Assembly (NCBI RefSeq): GCF_044704955.1 | Contig: NC_091979.1 | Span: 119,412,001 to 119,476,000, forward strand | Direction: 5' to 3' | Source: Pristiophorus japonicus | Taxonomy: Eukaryota | DNA: 64,000 bases | In this document: one piece after another, positions 38,154-52,757 of the stretch | Layout: the number at the start of each line of letters is the position of its first letter | Position numbering within the stretch: the first letter of the stretch is position 1 | The notes under the pieces: generated by a model | Told to the model about the DNA's origin: nothing | What the model saw: only the letters and a program-made list of their open reading frames with translations | Databases searched by the model: none | Translations under genes and position numbers: made by a program

Positions 38154-40635
38154 AAGGACATCTTATAAGTGGCTCCTTAAGTGTATATAATGAGACATTT
38201 CCAGGCAGAAATTGCATGTACCGATAACATGGCTTGTAGGTGCTTTCCTGCTGATTTTTATGGCATTGAAGGGACCTTATCTTATGCCGTCACCTTGTTC
38301 TTAAATGTAGGAAATGAAACAAAAAAGAGTGAGTCACTTTAGCTGCAGCTGAAACGATTGCAAATCTAGTCAGTGGCTATTCGTACCATACAGCACACCT
38401 TAATAACCTTAACAAGTGCAAGGCACTAAGTCGTGAAGACATGGTGAGGTGTACACTCCAGGTACATGTGTAGTCTGCTAGCATGAAAATGAAAGGCTGC
38501 GACGCGTGTTCATGGTCTTTTTATTTTATAATGAAGGCTCAGTGATTTGTTGTGGGGATTTCTTATTTCCACAACTATTTTTGCTTGTAATGTGTATTTT
38601 TGCGATTCCATCTCTTTGTGTATATTGTGTTGATATTCGAGATTTATAGTGATCAGGAATTAGACAGTGTTCTGTGGTTTCTTTATTTAAAATGAGAAAA
38701 TGTTATTTGTAATTGTGCTGCTGGATGGATTATTGTTACAAGTCTACAATGCAAGATTGCATACATTTTTATGTTCAAGAACGATACCAAAATTCGTGCG
38801 CACTACTAAAGTTCAAAAATAAATTTAGTAGTAACAAGCTGAATAGCGTGAGTAGTTTTCCTTTTTGGTATCTGTGTATATATTCCTATATATAACCACA
38901 GCTCATGTTGCGATGCTCTCGTGAACAAATGCCATGAAAAGATACCCTTCATATCCTCATTTTCTGTGAATGCAAATTAACTAAAATGCAGTGATTTGCT
39001 ATTCAATAACAAATATCCGAAGATAGCAGCTAACATTGTCTAAAGCAAAATTTCTGAAAGAGAAATGTCCTTAGTGGAATATTGCAAACGTACTTTATGT
39101 TCAGGTCGCTTGTTAAACTCTGTTTCTCGGTTTGTTGGTTGATAAATGAGTAAGCTGGTTACACCAATCTGTGAACGTTTAGTATTACAAGTGGGAATGT
39201 GTTTCCTTTCGATTTTTTCCAGAACGGATGAGCGAACAACAATACGACAAGGTACCCAGTTTAGAAACAGAAAACGGTCTACACGGTGTATATTTTGTTT
39301 TGTGAAGAGCTCTTTTCGTTTTTCCAACCTATTAATCTGTAAAGACACACTGGTGCTTGATTTAGAGGGGCAAGGACAAAAGCCGAGAATCTCTTCAATT
39401 CGGTAATTTACACCTAAACACAATTTGCTGAAGAATCTTGTTTCTGGCAGTTTTAAGAAGCTAATGTTATGTTACAACCAGACAAAACGAGTCAGAACTT
39501 CCTGAAATACAAGATTCTATGTGCTGTGCCAACATTCTCACGATATCAATCAGTGGCACATTGGTATGTAATGGAGATTTCGCACTCAGTTCCTTTATGC
39601 AAAGCTTTAAAACAGTCATTCATTGCAGGATATCCAGATGTTTTCAACGGAATAAAGTCCCCGTTGTGTTACAAAGGAAGAACTCAATAGATATTACAAC
39701 ATACTTACTTACTGTTTCCATGATACTGTTACTCCCATAAACTAAATATATAATTATATTTTTAATTCTCACAAAGCCCTTCTGGGTACATTTAATGTAA
39801 GTGTTTTGCGGAAATGTCCAATCTTTGGAAGTACAGCCTCCTCACTCACAATGAAGCGCTTTCCCCTAATTTATGATAGACATGAAAGCAAACATGGGGA
39901 ACGATGTTGTATTTAGTTGTGCGATTTCAGTTGAAGGTTATCGGCCCACGCACAAACCACGAACAACATAGGTGTGTTAAATTTAGGCCGGTTTATTTCT
40001 TTTACCTGCAAAATTAGAGTTTCTAAAAGACGACGAGTATCCACAATATTGCCTCAAAATAATTAAAGCTTTTGGTAGAAAATGAATGCAAAGGGGAAAG
40101 TCCGGTGGGGGTACGTGTTAATATTCTATCTAATGCACTAAAAGAAGACCGAGCCAAACCAACACTCAGGAAATCATTATTCGCAATCACACAGCAATTT
40201 AGATGGCAATGCCAAAATTCCGTCAAGATACAAGACGTTAAGAAAATTTATTTCCTAGGAATTTCGATGTTCAACCCGTTTTTGTAGCATTCAGTAACAA
40301 AAGAAAGTTGGCGGTGCAGCTCTTTTTCCTGTCCCTTCCCTGCCCTGCAAGCTTGCAGCTGGCTTAGCTGGACATGGTATGTTTGAAAAGGCGAATTCCA
40401 CGATTCTTTGTTCTTTATAGGGTAAGCCGTGTAGTTCTCAGACTTGCACATGACATTACTATAATATATCCACGTCTTGATATTATAAATGACTGATATT
40501 CTCTATACCATTTAAATCATTGTCTCCAGTACAAAACGCTAAGGTTCACGCGTAGCAAAGATGTCCTTTTCTGACGCCTTCATGTTGAGAAGCTGAAAAG
40601 GTATTTTACTGAAGTTCGGCTAAACTGTAGAAACA

Positions 40636-40652
40636 GGTTCACCAAGAGGACA
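40636..40652 (+). promoter_or_regulatory. DR5 RARE of the HoxD4 3' neural enhancer
   Basis: GGTTCA-ccaag-AGGACA about 2.5 kb downstream of the stop codon, matching the Hox4 3' RARE pattern GGTTCA-N5-AGGACA. Confidence 0.8.
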
Positions 40653-42234
40653 AATTTTCTATTCGATTAGCTGTATTTCAGCCTGGAGGACTGACCTCTA
40701 AACCCTTGACCTTTTGGACTCAATCCTACCCTTCGCCTATTCTATGTGTTTTAACACAGACACCATCTAGTTAAAGCCAGTTGAAATAGGTTCTCACGTA
40801 TGAACTACTCCAATTTCTGCATGTGGTAACTTCTGCATCCATTTGCAAGAGATGCGGATTTTAGTAAAATGCGTGGCGCCACCAAGCTCCATTTTTCTCC
40901 GGTCCACGCACTTTTACAGAAATGACATTTCAGCCGTTGCCTACACTTTATCTCTGATGACAGAACATACAAGTTGTTGATTTACTCGGCTTCAAACTTT
41001 GCTCATTTTCAACGCAATGTGGTCCCGCTTCCCTTTCTTTGCTGCTTGAATAAAGAAAGCGTTCAGAAACACTCCCAGGCATTCATCTCCCAACATTTGC
41101 ATTAAGATCCCCACTAAATTTTTTCTGCACAAATTGGTCATAAAATGCAGTTTTGCCACATTTATTTATATGCTTAAAATACTCGAAGTTATGTTACAAC
41201 GGTTGACGTTTGTATCGAATAATGATACATGTTGTTTATCAATCCAGAATTGAAATATATTCATGTGACCTAAATTCTATAGTAAAATACATAACAGTAA
41301 AACAAAACAATGAATATTCCAAAATAAAAGATTTCGATTTTGCAGTTGTAAATAATTCTATTCTTAAGCACCGTTGCATCCATATTATGGATAAAGTCCG
41401 CATAATTTCGTCATTATTCATTTTTTAATTAAAGAAAACACATTTCGACACCGAGTGGACACAACATCCTATTGTTTAGGTGTTTCAGTCTGGCCCGTGT
41501 TAATGCTAAGCTATAACTCACAACCACCCCAACCCCCACCCGCCGCCCCCCAAAAAAACCTGCATCGGCTTCGATGAAAGTTGAGTACCATGGAGCCCCA
41601 TTTTTGTTTTCTGACTACTCAGAAAAAGTGAAACTAAACGAACTTTTAAAATATTTTCGTAAAGCAGTCTCGTCACTGAAACTGAGACCCAATGTATGCA
41701 AACAGCCAGAATACGTAATAATTAATCAGCGGCATGTGTTGTATTTCCAATATACAATCTAAATTGCGTGAGCATATATATGTTAAAAGAGGCAGCAAGC
41801 AGTATCTGACTTTGACTTTTGTGAAACACCTATCTCCTTGAAAAGCAGCCTACTTTTAACCGCAGTTACCACCAAGGTCAATTGATAACGTCTCACATTC
41901 ATTTAGCCATGTAATTTATCAATATTTAACCTATCCAGCCATACGTATTAGTGTAGGCACTGGTTACAATTTATAATTCAAATGTTTTAAATTTAGAAGC
42001 TTAATTATTTTCAGGTTCCTTCACTATATCATTTGTCATATAAATATCGAGCACACAAACATGAGAAGTATAGAACATAAAAGTCAACAACATCATGATT
42101 TCTGAACTGTTATATCATTCAAAATTCATAACGTCACATATGATATCAATCACAATCAATCAACTTGCATATTTATATCTATGGCCGCACAGCACAGCTC
42201 CCACAACCAGATATAACCCTATATCAAGCAATGT

Positions 42235-42465
42235 GCTGTTTGCATGCATATAAGTATTTTTCTATCAACCCATGTTTTTGTATGTATGCAAATATGTACA
42301 TATGTGTGTATGCATGTGTATACATATGGATGTGCTCGTATATATGTATACATATATTATGTATGAGTGCTCATACGTGGGTATGCATGGGATAATGTAT
42401 GTGTACTTACTGTACACGCATGTAATTATGTCCATGCGCATCCAAGGGGTTAATATATGCATAAA
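42235..42465. repeat. Degenerate (TATG/CATA/TG) purine-pyrimidine low-complexity tract
   Basis: e.g. TATGTATGCAAATATGTACATATGTGTGTATGCATGTGTATACATATG. It generates the spurious overlapping C/Y/M/H/I-rich ORFs here. Confidence 0.75.
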
Positions 42466-45400
42466 ATGTCCCACCTTTAATTATTTGACTTTTAAAAATA
42501 TGAAACAATCTTAATATTTAGTTTAATTGAAAGGATATTAATAAACTTAAACGAGTAATGTTCACTGTCTTTTTATTGTTGTATATACACCGCCCTTATA
42601 CTTCTCTTCTAGTCTGGAAAGAGAAACAGCTGAAAGGAAAGCAAAGAGTCAATACGACCATGCCATAGGCTGGTCATTCAAAGTGGGACAAAGCTGATGC
42701 AGCCCTACGCTTCTAAACAGCCATATTTGTTAGTCTTTCCCCTTTAGAATTTTAAAACATATTTACCAACCTAATATTTCTCAAATGATAAAGACTTTTA
42801 CATTTTATGATTATGTCCAGAAGAGGTGGTAAGATTCTATGTGTCCTTTTATATTTGATTCGGCCACGTGATTTACTAAATAATTAATGCAGTACGTCCC
42901 GAAAGAAACACGGCGTCGTCATTAATCGGCCAAGCAAAGGACTCTATCACACTTGAAAAGTGAACAGATCCCAAGAATATTATATACAAATGGTCCGCTA
43001 TCACACTTTGCTGTTGTAGTTCGTTGCCAGAAACTGAAAAATGGAAGCTTGGTAGGTAAATAATTTTAGTTTTGTTTCTGGTAAGATAGCAAATGAATGT
43101 AACTGTCATATATATTTGATGAATAGCGCCCTTTGCTTCTTACTATGTGCTACCAGACGACAGTCATAAGTTGCAGTAGGCAGATATACTGACCTTCTAT
43201 TCGGATTAGCTTTAACATTTTGGAGCAACTATGATAAACTTCAGGTGCAAAAATGTGTACCGGCTGCATTTTGGAGGTGGGGGGTAAACGTTAGTAAGAC
43301 TGCGATGGGATTATTATTAAGGCGTAGTTGTGTGTCATGAAATGGCGTAGATTTTACGGTTTAGTTGTGCTTTATTGCAAACAATGCCGGCTGTCATGGC
43401 ATCTGCTGCCTATTTGTACACAGCGAAATAGAGGCCTGAGCTTATGTTGAATACCACGAGTCATATATTTTGTTTTCTTTGAGACGTATTGGAAAGTCTG
43501 TAAATGAGATTCAACCAGAACAATTGCATGTACTTACGTCTACAGAAAACATATTCATGGGTGTTTGGTGCTTTATATTTTAGTCGATGTTTTGCTTTAA
43601 AAGATGAAACAAATGACTCCTTTGAACCTACGGAGTATTTTGTTTTACAGTAAATGAGTATTTATTTCCTACAGTTGTCGGGAAACTGAGTATCCACAAC
43701 ACTAGAAGTGTGTGTTAGACTCATTTAAAGAATACATGCTGGATACTGATACCCAGAATAAGAGCAAGCTGTATTTTCACTCTTGGTACATTTTATAAGG
43801 TAATAAACTGACACAATTCTGATTTGCTAAATCTATGTTAGTACGACAATACTAGGGAACCGAATATATGCCTCACATATATATTGTAGATAATACAATG
43901 CAGTAAAGGGCAAACATGATCTGGCTTTTTAATTATTGACCTTTTTACAGTGACGTGCAAAAGTTTTATTTTTAGGGTAAAAATGAAAAGCAAATGGGCA
44001 GTAAATATTTTTATTTGGAACACTGAACAGGAATGTAAAACCTTACTGTAAAGAAAAGGGAGAGGAACCTGCATTTTAGGAGCATCATAATTGAAGTAGC
44101 AAAGAGCATAATAGCATTATAAACCAATAAATATTCTTCAATAACTGTAAATTACAGTGTAGAGTTTTAGTGGCATAAGATGACAGCTCTGTTCCTAAAC
44201 CTCTCTCTAAAGGTGTAATTAAACTGTATAAATTACTGTGGTAAATACAGATGTCTTTGAAAAAGGATTTTATTAAGTTGGTTGGAGATATTTTACAATA
44301 TGAACCTCGGCATTTATTGCTTCCGTTGCTTTTCTCACAGAACACTTCTGGAAATTGAATATGTGCTGTCGTCACGTGTGTAAAGTCGACGTTCGTTTCC
44401 TTTTTTAATAAATTATGCATTAAAACAATAACCTATTAATTCAGTTATTCGCCGATGACAAATGCAGCGCTGTTTTACTGATGACAAAGCTGCGGTTGTG
44501 GCGCCAAGTTACTATTTTTCCCACTCTCACTTCAACTCAGTATCATCTACCGTTAAATTCTAATCCAGCAAAGAACCAGGCAGACAAGAATCAATGAAAA
44601 CGCTTTAATTACAACTTTTTCATTAAATCGAAATAAAGTATTATGGTGTGGGGGGTCAACAATTTCCAACCCTGTTATAAATCACAACTTGTAATTCCTG
44701 AAAGGGTGCAAGGCTGCCGAGGCCAGGCGAAGATTGTAAATCTCTCCCTTTTATTGCTGTATGAACATATGCTGCGGTCGAAGACGTCTTCGGATCCCCA
44801 TTTGATTATATTCCCCGTAAAGCCGATTTCCCACAGAGGCAAGCATTAGCACTTAGTTGCTTCATCTTAGTCTCCTCATAAAATTATCAGCGAATGCATG
44901 ACTTGCCGTAATAAAATGGTGTATTTACACGTTTGGGATCGAACAATATAACAGGAACTACTTCTAAGTCACAAACATGGGTACATTAAACGATACAAAA
45001 TATTTATTTTCTTTACAAAATCCCATAACAATCTTTATTTTATGTACAATCGTCAAAAGACAGAGATTCGAACTTACTCAACATAGTTTTTGAGCGAACG
45101 TAATGCTTTAGCTAAACAGTGAGATGTAACTGTTTTATTTTCTTTTAAATAATTTATAATGCAGTAATTGCAAAGCAATATTTCTATAACGACCATACAG
45201 AGCCACAGAGGGTAAAGTAATTTAGATAAATGTTGCGTTAAGCCAGCGCTAGGTGCAATAAGGTCATGCATTACTGTCAATAGAAATGTTTTTTATTGCT
45301 ATTAAATTACAGACAAATGTTTCAGTTATTAAAAACAGTTTGAAGTAGCATTTAACAGAAATATTAAGCAATTCGATAGAATGTAACTGAAAATTAATTT

Positions 45401-48400
45401 TCCTTAACTAAAAACATTACAGTTCAACAAAGCAATTGCGGAAAAACAAACTAAGAACGGAGACAGAATGAAGCAATATCCAACGCCCGCTTTTGTGATC
45501 AATTTCTATAACTAGAAGTTGCCACTGGTGCCTGTGATTTAAATTGCTTCTCCTGAAAGAGAAAGGGAAAATTCCACATTAATTCCAAGCACACAGACAT
45601 CCATTTCACTACATAAAACTAGAGTTACCAACGATGATTAATTTGCCATCCCAGAAAAGAGGGAAGATTGAGTTTCACAGAAATCTTATCTGTTGCAGAA
45701 TTTTATATGTTTAACGGCGACTCTCAACTGGTTCAAATCCTAATCAGGATAAAGAAAAAGTTCAATTCATTCGCCGGATGTTAATATGATAACTCCACAA
45801 TATTTAACCTAAATATATGCTTGTTGTAGTTTCAGTGCAGAATTCGTCGTTTTATTCGAAGCTTTTGTGTTGGTTTTGAGGTAAATCGATATATATGGTT
45901 TGGAAATTACTACAATATTTTAAACCGAATTAATTAACCGAAGTATTTTATATAAACACGTCGCCTTGGTTATATATATCTACAAATCCGATTCTACAAA
46001 ATTAATACTTCTTTCGTTTTACTAAATAAATGAATGCAATAATTAACTCAACACACCGCGACGAATGACGATATACAATATACAACCCGAGAAGCTGTGA
46101 AATAGCAATAAAATACAAATCTATTGTTCAAATTAGTAAACGTGGTACTGTTCCGAAAGACGGTACCAGTGAAGTCTAACCTCACAATGCTTTTTCAAGT
46201 ACAGCATAGAATATTTAATTTTCACTCAGCTCCCCATTAGTGTTAATGTAAGAAGTGACTCAAAGCCCCAAACAATCCATATTAAAGAGATGTTAGTGAG
46301 GTAGCGCTGGCTCAACTTACTGGCTCAATCAGAACAATCTGGTAACACAGATCACGTGAACAAATATGCCTGTATCTTAAGGCAGCGCCTATATTTTCTG
46401 ATTATAAAAGGTATCCGTTGCAGTATAAAATTCATAAATTGCAACTTTTTAAAGGAATACCTACCGGTTTATAAATACCACTTCCTCGTTGGATGTTCGA
46501 TTATAAAGTCTCAATTTAGATTTAAAGCTAAAGCATCTCTGTCCGCCGTTTTTATTGGTAGTTGTCCCTGAGACTGAAGCCATTTCTATCGGGAATACCG
46601 TCTGCATTTCGTATCGAAATGTCTGTAAAACCGCAAGATCTGGTTTAAGACAGCATTGTCTGCAGACAAACGGCAGAGGATATTATTCGCAGCTGCAGGC
46701 TAAGAGATTGAGTTTGAGAAACACAGATTTATGATAAATTGACACACAGGTAAGCAATCGTATGATAAAATGCAACCTTTAGCAGTAGGTTTGCATAATG
46801 CCTTCAGCAAGAGGGCATATTATTCATGCCAAATTGTATGGAATTCTGATACAAACTAGTGTATTGTTTCCATTTCAGCAGCAGATCAGAAAAATGATTT
46901 TGTAGCAAAGAATGGCGATTTATAAAGAACATTTTGCTGTTTCACGAAAGTGCGCAATTTGAGAAAGGTTAGATCGGACAAACCAGAGCAGTCCCAGATT
47001 TGTCTTGTGGCTGTATTTGAGCTGATTCTGCAGTTTTATGTAAAAGGAAAACGAAATAAAAAGGCATAGAAACCCAGGGAACTTTTCAAACTGTCACTAG
47101 CAAACTTAGATCGTAAATCACATTAATTTGTTGTCTCTAGCTTATCGTCAGGCTGCAGTCTTCCTTGATTTATGCGCTTCAGAAATATATTGCGGGCTAA
47201 AGTTATTGCAGCAGCCTGTATAAATTATTTCTCAATTAATGTTATTGTCGTTCAAAGGAAACAATATGTGAATTTGTAGGAACTCAGTATATCCGTATTT
47301 TTAAATATCTTAAATATAAAATATCGAATATTATTTTAACTCATAATAATCGTGTCAGAAGATAGTCTCTATAATAGATTAAATGCAATATTCTTGTAAT
47401 AATGCAGTTCACTATTAACCAATTTGTGTAGATGCTAAGAAACAAAATCATCCTGTTTTAATCCTATTTCCTGGTGTCTAGGCGACGAATCCAGTGGAAT
47501 TTAAGTGTTAAATGTTAACTTAGTTATTTCTGTTCCAGTTCCAGAAACGCATTCACTTACTTTTATTAATTACTACCCCGAATGCAACTGTATTATTTCC
47601 AATTTTAAAACACAAAACGCCTTATAATTCGCATATTTAGACATAATATCTTAATGTCATTACAGTATATAAGATGTTGGTCTGACTTTTATAAAAAAAT
47701 AGGATCGAGAGTGTGATTGAAGTTACTTTTTTAAAATTCAATTTTTAAAGCCAATAGAACTATGTACTATTCGTTGTAATTTTATTGCTAATAATGGAGG
47801 AAGTTTCCTTTTTTTCTTAATGGAAATTTGTACACGTAAGTTGTCCAAATCCATGTGTGTGTGTATGTGGATTTGGACATTTTCTCAGAATGTCCACAGG
47901 TATAAAAGTTGTTTCGCAGCGTGCATATGTGCTTTGCTCGGTCAAAACTTTTGAGTCGAACATTTTTCATTGCTGCATGCCTCGAAGCTGCTGGGCTGCC
48001 ATGTTAGTCAGCTGAATCCAATTACTGTGAGTAGCATTTCATTTTGCTCGATGGGGCCACTCACTTATAACTTCACCTAAAATTTCAATAAACCTCTCCA
48101 CAGCTCACGTCATGGTAACTAGCAACATTCGCTTGATAGTGTGGCTTTAAAACTTTTCATCTCTGAATAAAGTCAAAACTTTTAAGGCACTACGTACAGT
48201 AAGCGCCTTGGACTTATAGACAGACTGTGCTCCATTATGTTCTGGTAGACAGTAAAAGTAATAAACACGTAATCCTTCCCAAGTTTTTCTGCCAACTCAG
48301 TTTAGCAATTTAGGAAAGTGACAAATAAAGTTTTCAAAACTTTTCGACGTATTCATTCTGCTAAGACTATTTACATGGTTAGTCTGCTTATACGTGTTTA

Positions 48401-51400
48401 GGGTTGTAATATGTGAGCTCCCTTACACTGCTGCGAAATTAATAAGCAAGATGTTTAAAAACTTACCGTCCAGATCATAGCTGAGCACACTTAAGTTATC
48501 AATAACAGCTTGAAAGAAACCAAGTGTCTAAAGCTTGTCGAATGTACTCGCTTTCCTTGGAAAGAAGTGACTTTGCCCTGCAAATACTTTACTTACTTCC
48601 AGTGATTACAGAGAAATAAAGCTTTGAAATTGACGTATGGCCACGTGAATACATTACACACATTATGGTGGGAGGCATTGGACCGAGGACCTGATGCCTT
48701 GCCGACTGTGATTTGAATCCTCTTCTAACTTCAAATTATATCGACACAAGTTGGTGAGACTAGTTTGTAAAGTGCTGCGCCTTAGTGGGATTAAAGAGGG
48801 ATAGAAAAGCCATGGTGAAGTTATGTGATGGGCTGTATTGTGAGGTAGTGGAGGCGCTTCCGTTGGTTGTTCATTAAGTGGTGAGTTATTGCTGTACAAG
48901 CCAAAGGTCATTTCAAAGGCTTATGACTCTTACATATTGTCAGCTAATGACCGCGACTTCTTTGTGCATTTGATCTGCCACTGTTGCTGTTTTTCTTAAA
49001 TGTATTTTCAAATTTAAACATGTGTTTGAATTGTTAAAGAAAAATTACTCAAATACAGTTTATGCACGACTTCAGCTTGCCTTCGCGTTCCATCTGCCTC
49101 TTCCACATTGATTTGGAGTTTGGAGCCTGTTTTGGAGGCTCCAGCGATGCTGCATTATTACATTTTAGTTACTTTTTGTATAACCAAGCTGTTTATTGCA
49201 GGTATTATGATGATGCCTAATCGATATAAAATAATACGTGATGTTTGGTATCCCAATGACAAAGCATAACCGCCTGTTAATATTATGCATTATTCATGAG
49301 TTTTATACATGGCGCCAGGTTCTTTCTTGCAAACCTCCATATTTGTATTGTTATGTTGGCTTGTTTTAAAATGTTCGACAACAGTAGTAGTTTTTCCTTA
49401 AACGCATATATTTAAACATCAACGATAAAATAAATAAATCTTTGTTTTTATAAAGACGAATGTTGATACTGTCAGTTTACGGAAAGTAGTTTGGATCAGG
49501 TTCGAGGAAACCAAAAGCCTGCATGATATAAAATTGTGATTCTTATTTAATGCTCCGTTCAGGCCCAGCTTCCATTAAAAGGCCACCACAGAACGATGCA
49601 TTTTCCTACCAAGTGCAGTAGGCCCCAAAATATCATGCTCATTGGGTAATAAGTCCACCCTCGAGGCACATTTTTGGCACTTCAAATGGGAGTTTCGAGA
49701 TGAAATGCTCGGTGCTATTAATAGATTTATGTTTCCGCAATAACAATTTGAATTATGAAAAGAGCTGGAAATTATTGTGTATTCAAATTCTCGGGACGCA
49801 TTCTTTGTCAAATACTTTCCCAAAAAGCCAAATTACGTATTCTAATCTTTACCAAATTAAGTCTATTTAACCCGTTCTTTCGTTTTTTTAAAATTCACTA
49901 ACAATGCGACTCGCACTCATTAATCACACAATATTGATATTCAGTAACACCGTGTTTCTAATTTCCGGAGGAAATAAAATAATGCCCAGTATTTGTTTTC
50001 TTTTTTTTAATTGTCAAATGCCATAGTCATTGGATTAAAGCCCACAAGGAAACAGTTCTTTTTTCCACACATTTTGTATGTAAATAATAAAACCAATATA
50101 TTGTGTAAGAACAAAAATGAATCTGCACGGCCTGTTGCAAGTTATTTTCATTTCTTTGTATGAGAGCAGCCAGGAAGATGACCTAAAACAGATAGGATAT
50201 AGAGAAATAGTATTAATATATTTGAAATTACATTTTATTCTTTCAGAACAAAGCCAGCGGTCTCTGGTCAATCCGGGCAGATTCCAAATCCAAGCCAAAG
50301 AAAAGCAGATAGAAAAATTGTGTGTGGTGAGTTGTTTCATTTTTCTCTCCTTTTCGCTTTTAGCAACACTGAATTCGCTGTTCTGTTGGACTCTGTGCAT
50401 AAATAACTGAGATTTACCCATGGGGAATTAGCTCGAGGTTTTATATCTTAACCACCAGAACACATAAGAGCAGAAATGAAACACATTCTTTGAACACGCA
50501 CGGACGTAATCCTGGTTTCTTCATTTGTGGCTATCCACGAGTGTTCCGTCTGTGAATCTGCTTCTACTGTGTGCTAGAACCATTACTTTTATAAAATAAT
50601 CGGTAATTCTGATAACTTGGTCTGCATCATGTTATCACGCTTGGATTGCAAATCATAAAGGCCTTCGCAGGAACCAATAAAATTGGAACGGGAGAAAATG
50701 AAATTTTAGTTAAGCTAATCACTTTATGTCAACTCTTAATGCACAGAATACGATATGTTTATAGTCAATATCTGTGCGCGTTTCGGTAAATCTGCAATCT
50801 TTATCTAGAAGGGGGAAAGATTTATGAAGCGTTGAAAGTGATTCGTTCGAACTGTAATCTTCCCTCCCGTTACTTTTATTCCAGTTCTACAAACATCATT
50901 GTTTAATCTTTCCCGCTCAGTTTCAACTCGATATATTTGTTTCCATCCCTTTTTCTTTTGCAACTCACATCACAATTAGACACATTTGCTCTAGTTTATC
51001 ATTTAATCGGCTTGTGCACTGGAGTCATATTTGTGGACAAACCACAAGGACAGATTGTGAACTGGAGATAGGGACTTCACAATTCATGCAACTTTTACAG
51101 TCTACAGCGAATGTGTTTATCCTACATACTGTATATAAAATAAAGTAAATTTCATTAAAAAATAAGTTAAAAGCTGAATCGGGGTGAATATTGGTTTGAT
51201 GTGCAGATCTTGCCGCTTCTCTTTGCAAACCTGGATTATTGTACCAGAGACATTGGGAAAATGCAGCAGAAGGCAAATCATTTCAATTTAAAACAAAGTT
51301 CTTAGATGTCTACAGTTTAGGAACCAGCCGCAGATCAGGAAGAGATTGTGGAATCCAAGCTGAAATGTGACCAGATGTGCATAACCAACTAGATTCCTTG

Positions 51401-52740
51401 CTAGAACTGATCCGCAAAGTATAAACATAATCGACATTGTTAGTTCTCAACATTAATCTGCTTCTGGAGAGCGAAGGCAACAAATATTTGAGTAGGATTT
51501 TTAACAAAATATATCACATGATTAAGCATGTTCTGAACATTGTAGGATTAGTTACAGTTTAAAATAACTAAGCATACATCACTAATAACATTACATTGAA
51601 CACATCCACCAGACGCTGAGTAGAATAGAAGTCTTTGTTCCGTTCTCCCCCTTTTCTCCCGACTTCATACCTGAAATGATTTCAAATTTGGCTCCCAGCT
51701 TGCGTTTATCAAAGAGAATTTTCAGTTCCTCCCGCTCGAGCCACGCGGTTCTGTGAGCTGTGAAAAGCTTGTGGTCTGAAACGTATTTTAAATTCCCTGG
51801 CAACTTTCAATGGTTTATATAAAATCCTGCAAGAGCTGGCGAAACGCCTCGTAGATAAGAAACTTGCGGAGTATGGGCATTCTTTTTCTGGTCTTTCCTC
51901 CTACGCGCTAGCTGTTTTACACTTCTGAAGATAGCAAGTCTTTGGAAAGTGTTTTTCTTTTCATTCTGTAGTGAAGCGTTTACGACCATAGCACTAGCAG
52001 TCATAAATTTTACGCAGCACACAATGACAGGTGCATTGATATGCACTGTGAGGGCTCTAGCTTCTTAATAACAACGAACTGCCCACCTTTATAGATGGAT
52101 TTTAAATTCCTAGGCTATTTTACTAATATTAGATTGAAAATTAAAAGAAAACGGAAAGCGATTATTTGCTTAGTGTTTATATGATAAAAACTGTCGTTCA
52201 GGGGTCTGGCGTTGGACAAATATAATCGTACAAGTGAGATAAAAATAATGGGCTATAACACAATAAACAGATAGGAAAAATGTGACGAACGATGTGGTTT
52301 TGATATTTTCTTGTGTCTGTATTAAAGTAGTTTAACTTTTGAAACCCCGCTCTATACACCATGCTTGAAATGTGCGACAATGGAAAATGGAAATTGAACT
52401 CGTTGACTTCAATCCTTTCATGGTGCATGTGGCACCGTTACCTCCTTCGCTCTCCAGTTTTCGTCAGCGTTGCAGTAAGACTTGCCATTTATGTTGACCA
52501 GACGCACTTAATAATTCGCGACTTTATTTTTCGGCCATGGGCCCCACGATTGCAGACAATGTATTCGAAAACGCACCCCCAAAAAGTGATGGCCCATACT
52601 AAGGTGTTACTTATCAAATCTTTGTATTAGGTGATGCACCCTTGCATTTATAAAACATGTAAGGTAAGAAAGATCTGAAAGATGAACGCAGAAACAGTTG
52701 ACCATTGTCCAAATGATTTATGGCCCATGGCTGCGATTTA

Positions 52741-52757
52741 GGTTCAAGCAGAGTTCA
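52741..52757 (+). promoter_or_regulatory. DR5 RARE upstream of the HoxD3 coding exon
   Basis: GGTTCA-agcag-AGTTCA, with adjacent Pbx-Hox TGATTTATGG (52714-52723) and Sox-type CATTGT (52703-52708). Confidence 0.8.

Noticed and set aside
42165-42514. Three overlapping Cys/Tyr/Met/His-rich ORFs
   Set aside because: Artefacts of an alternating purine-pyrimidine low-complexity tract lacking stop codons.
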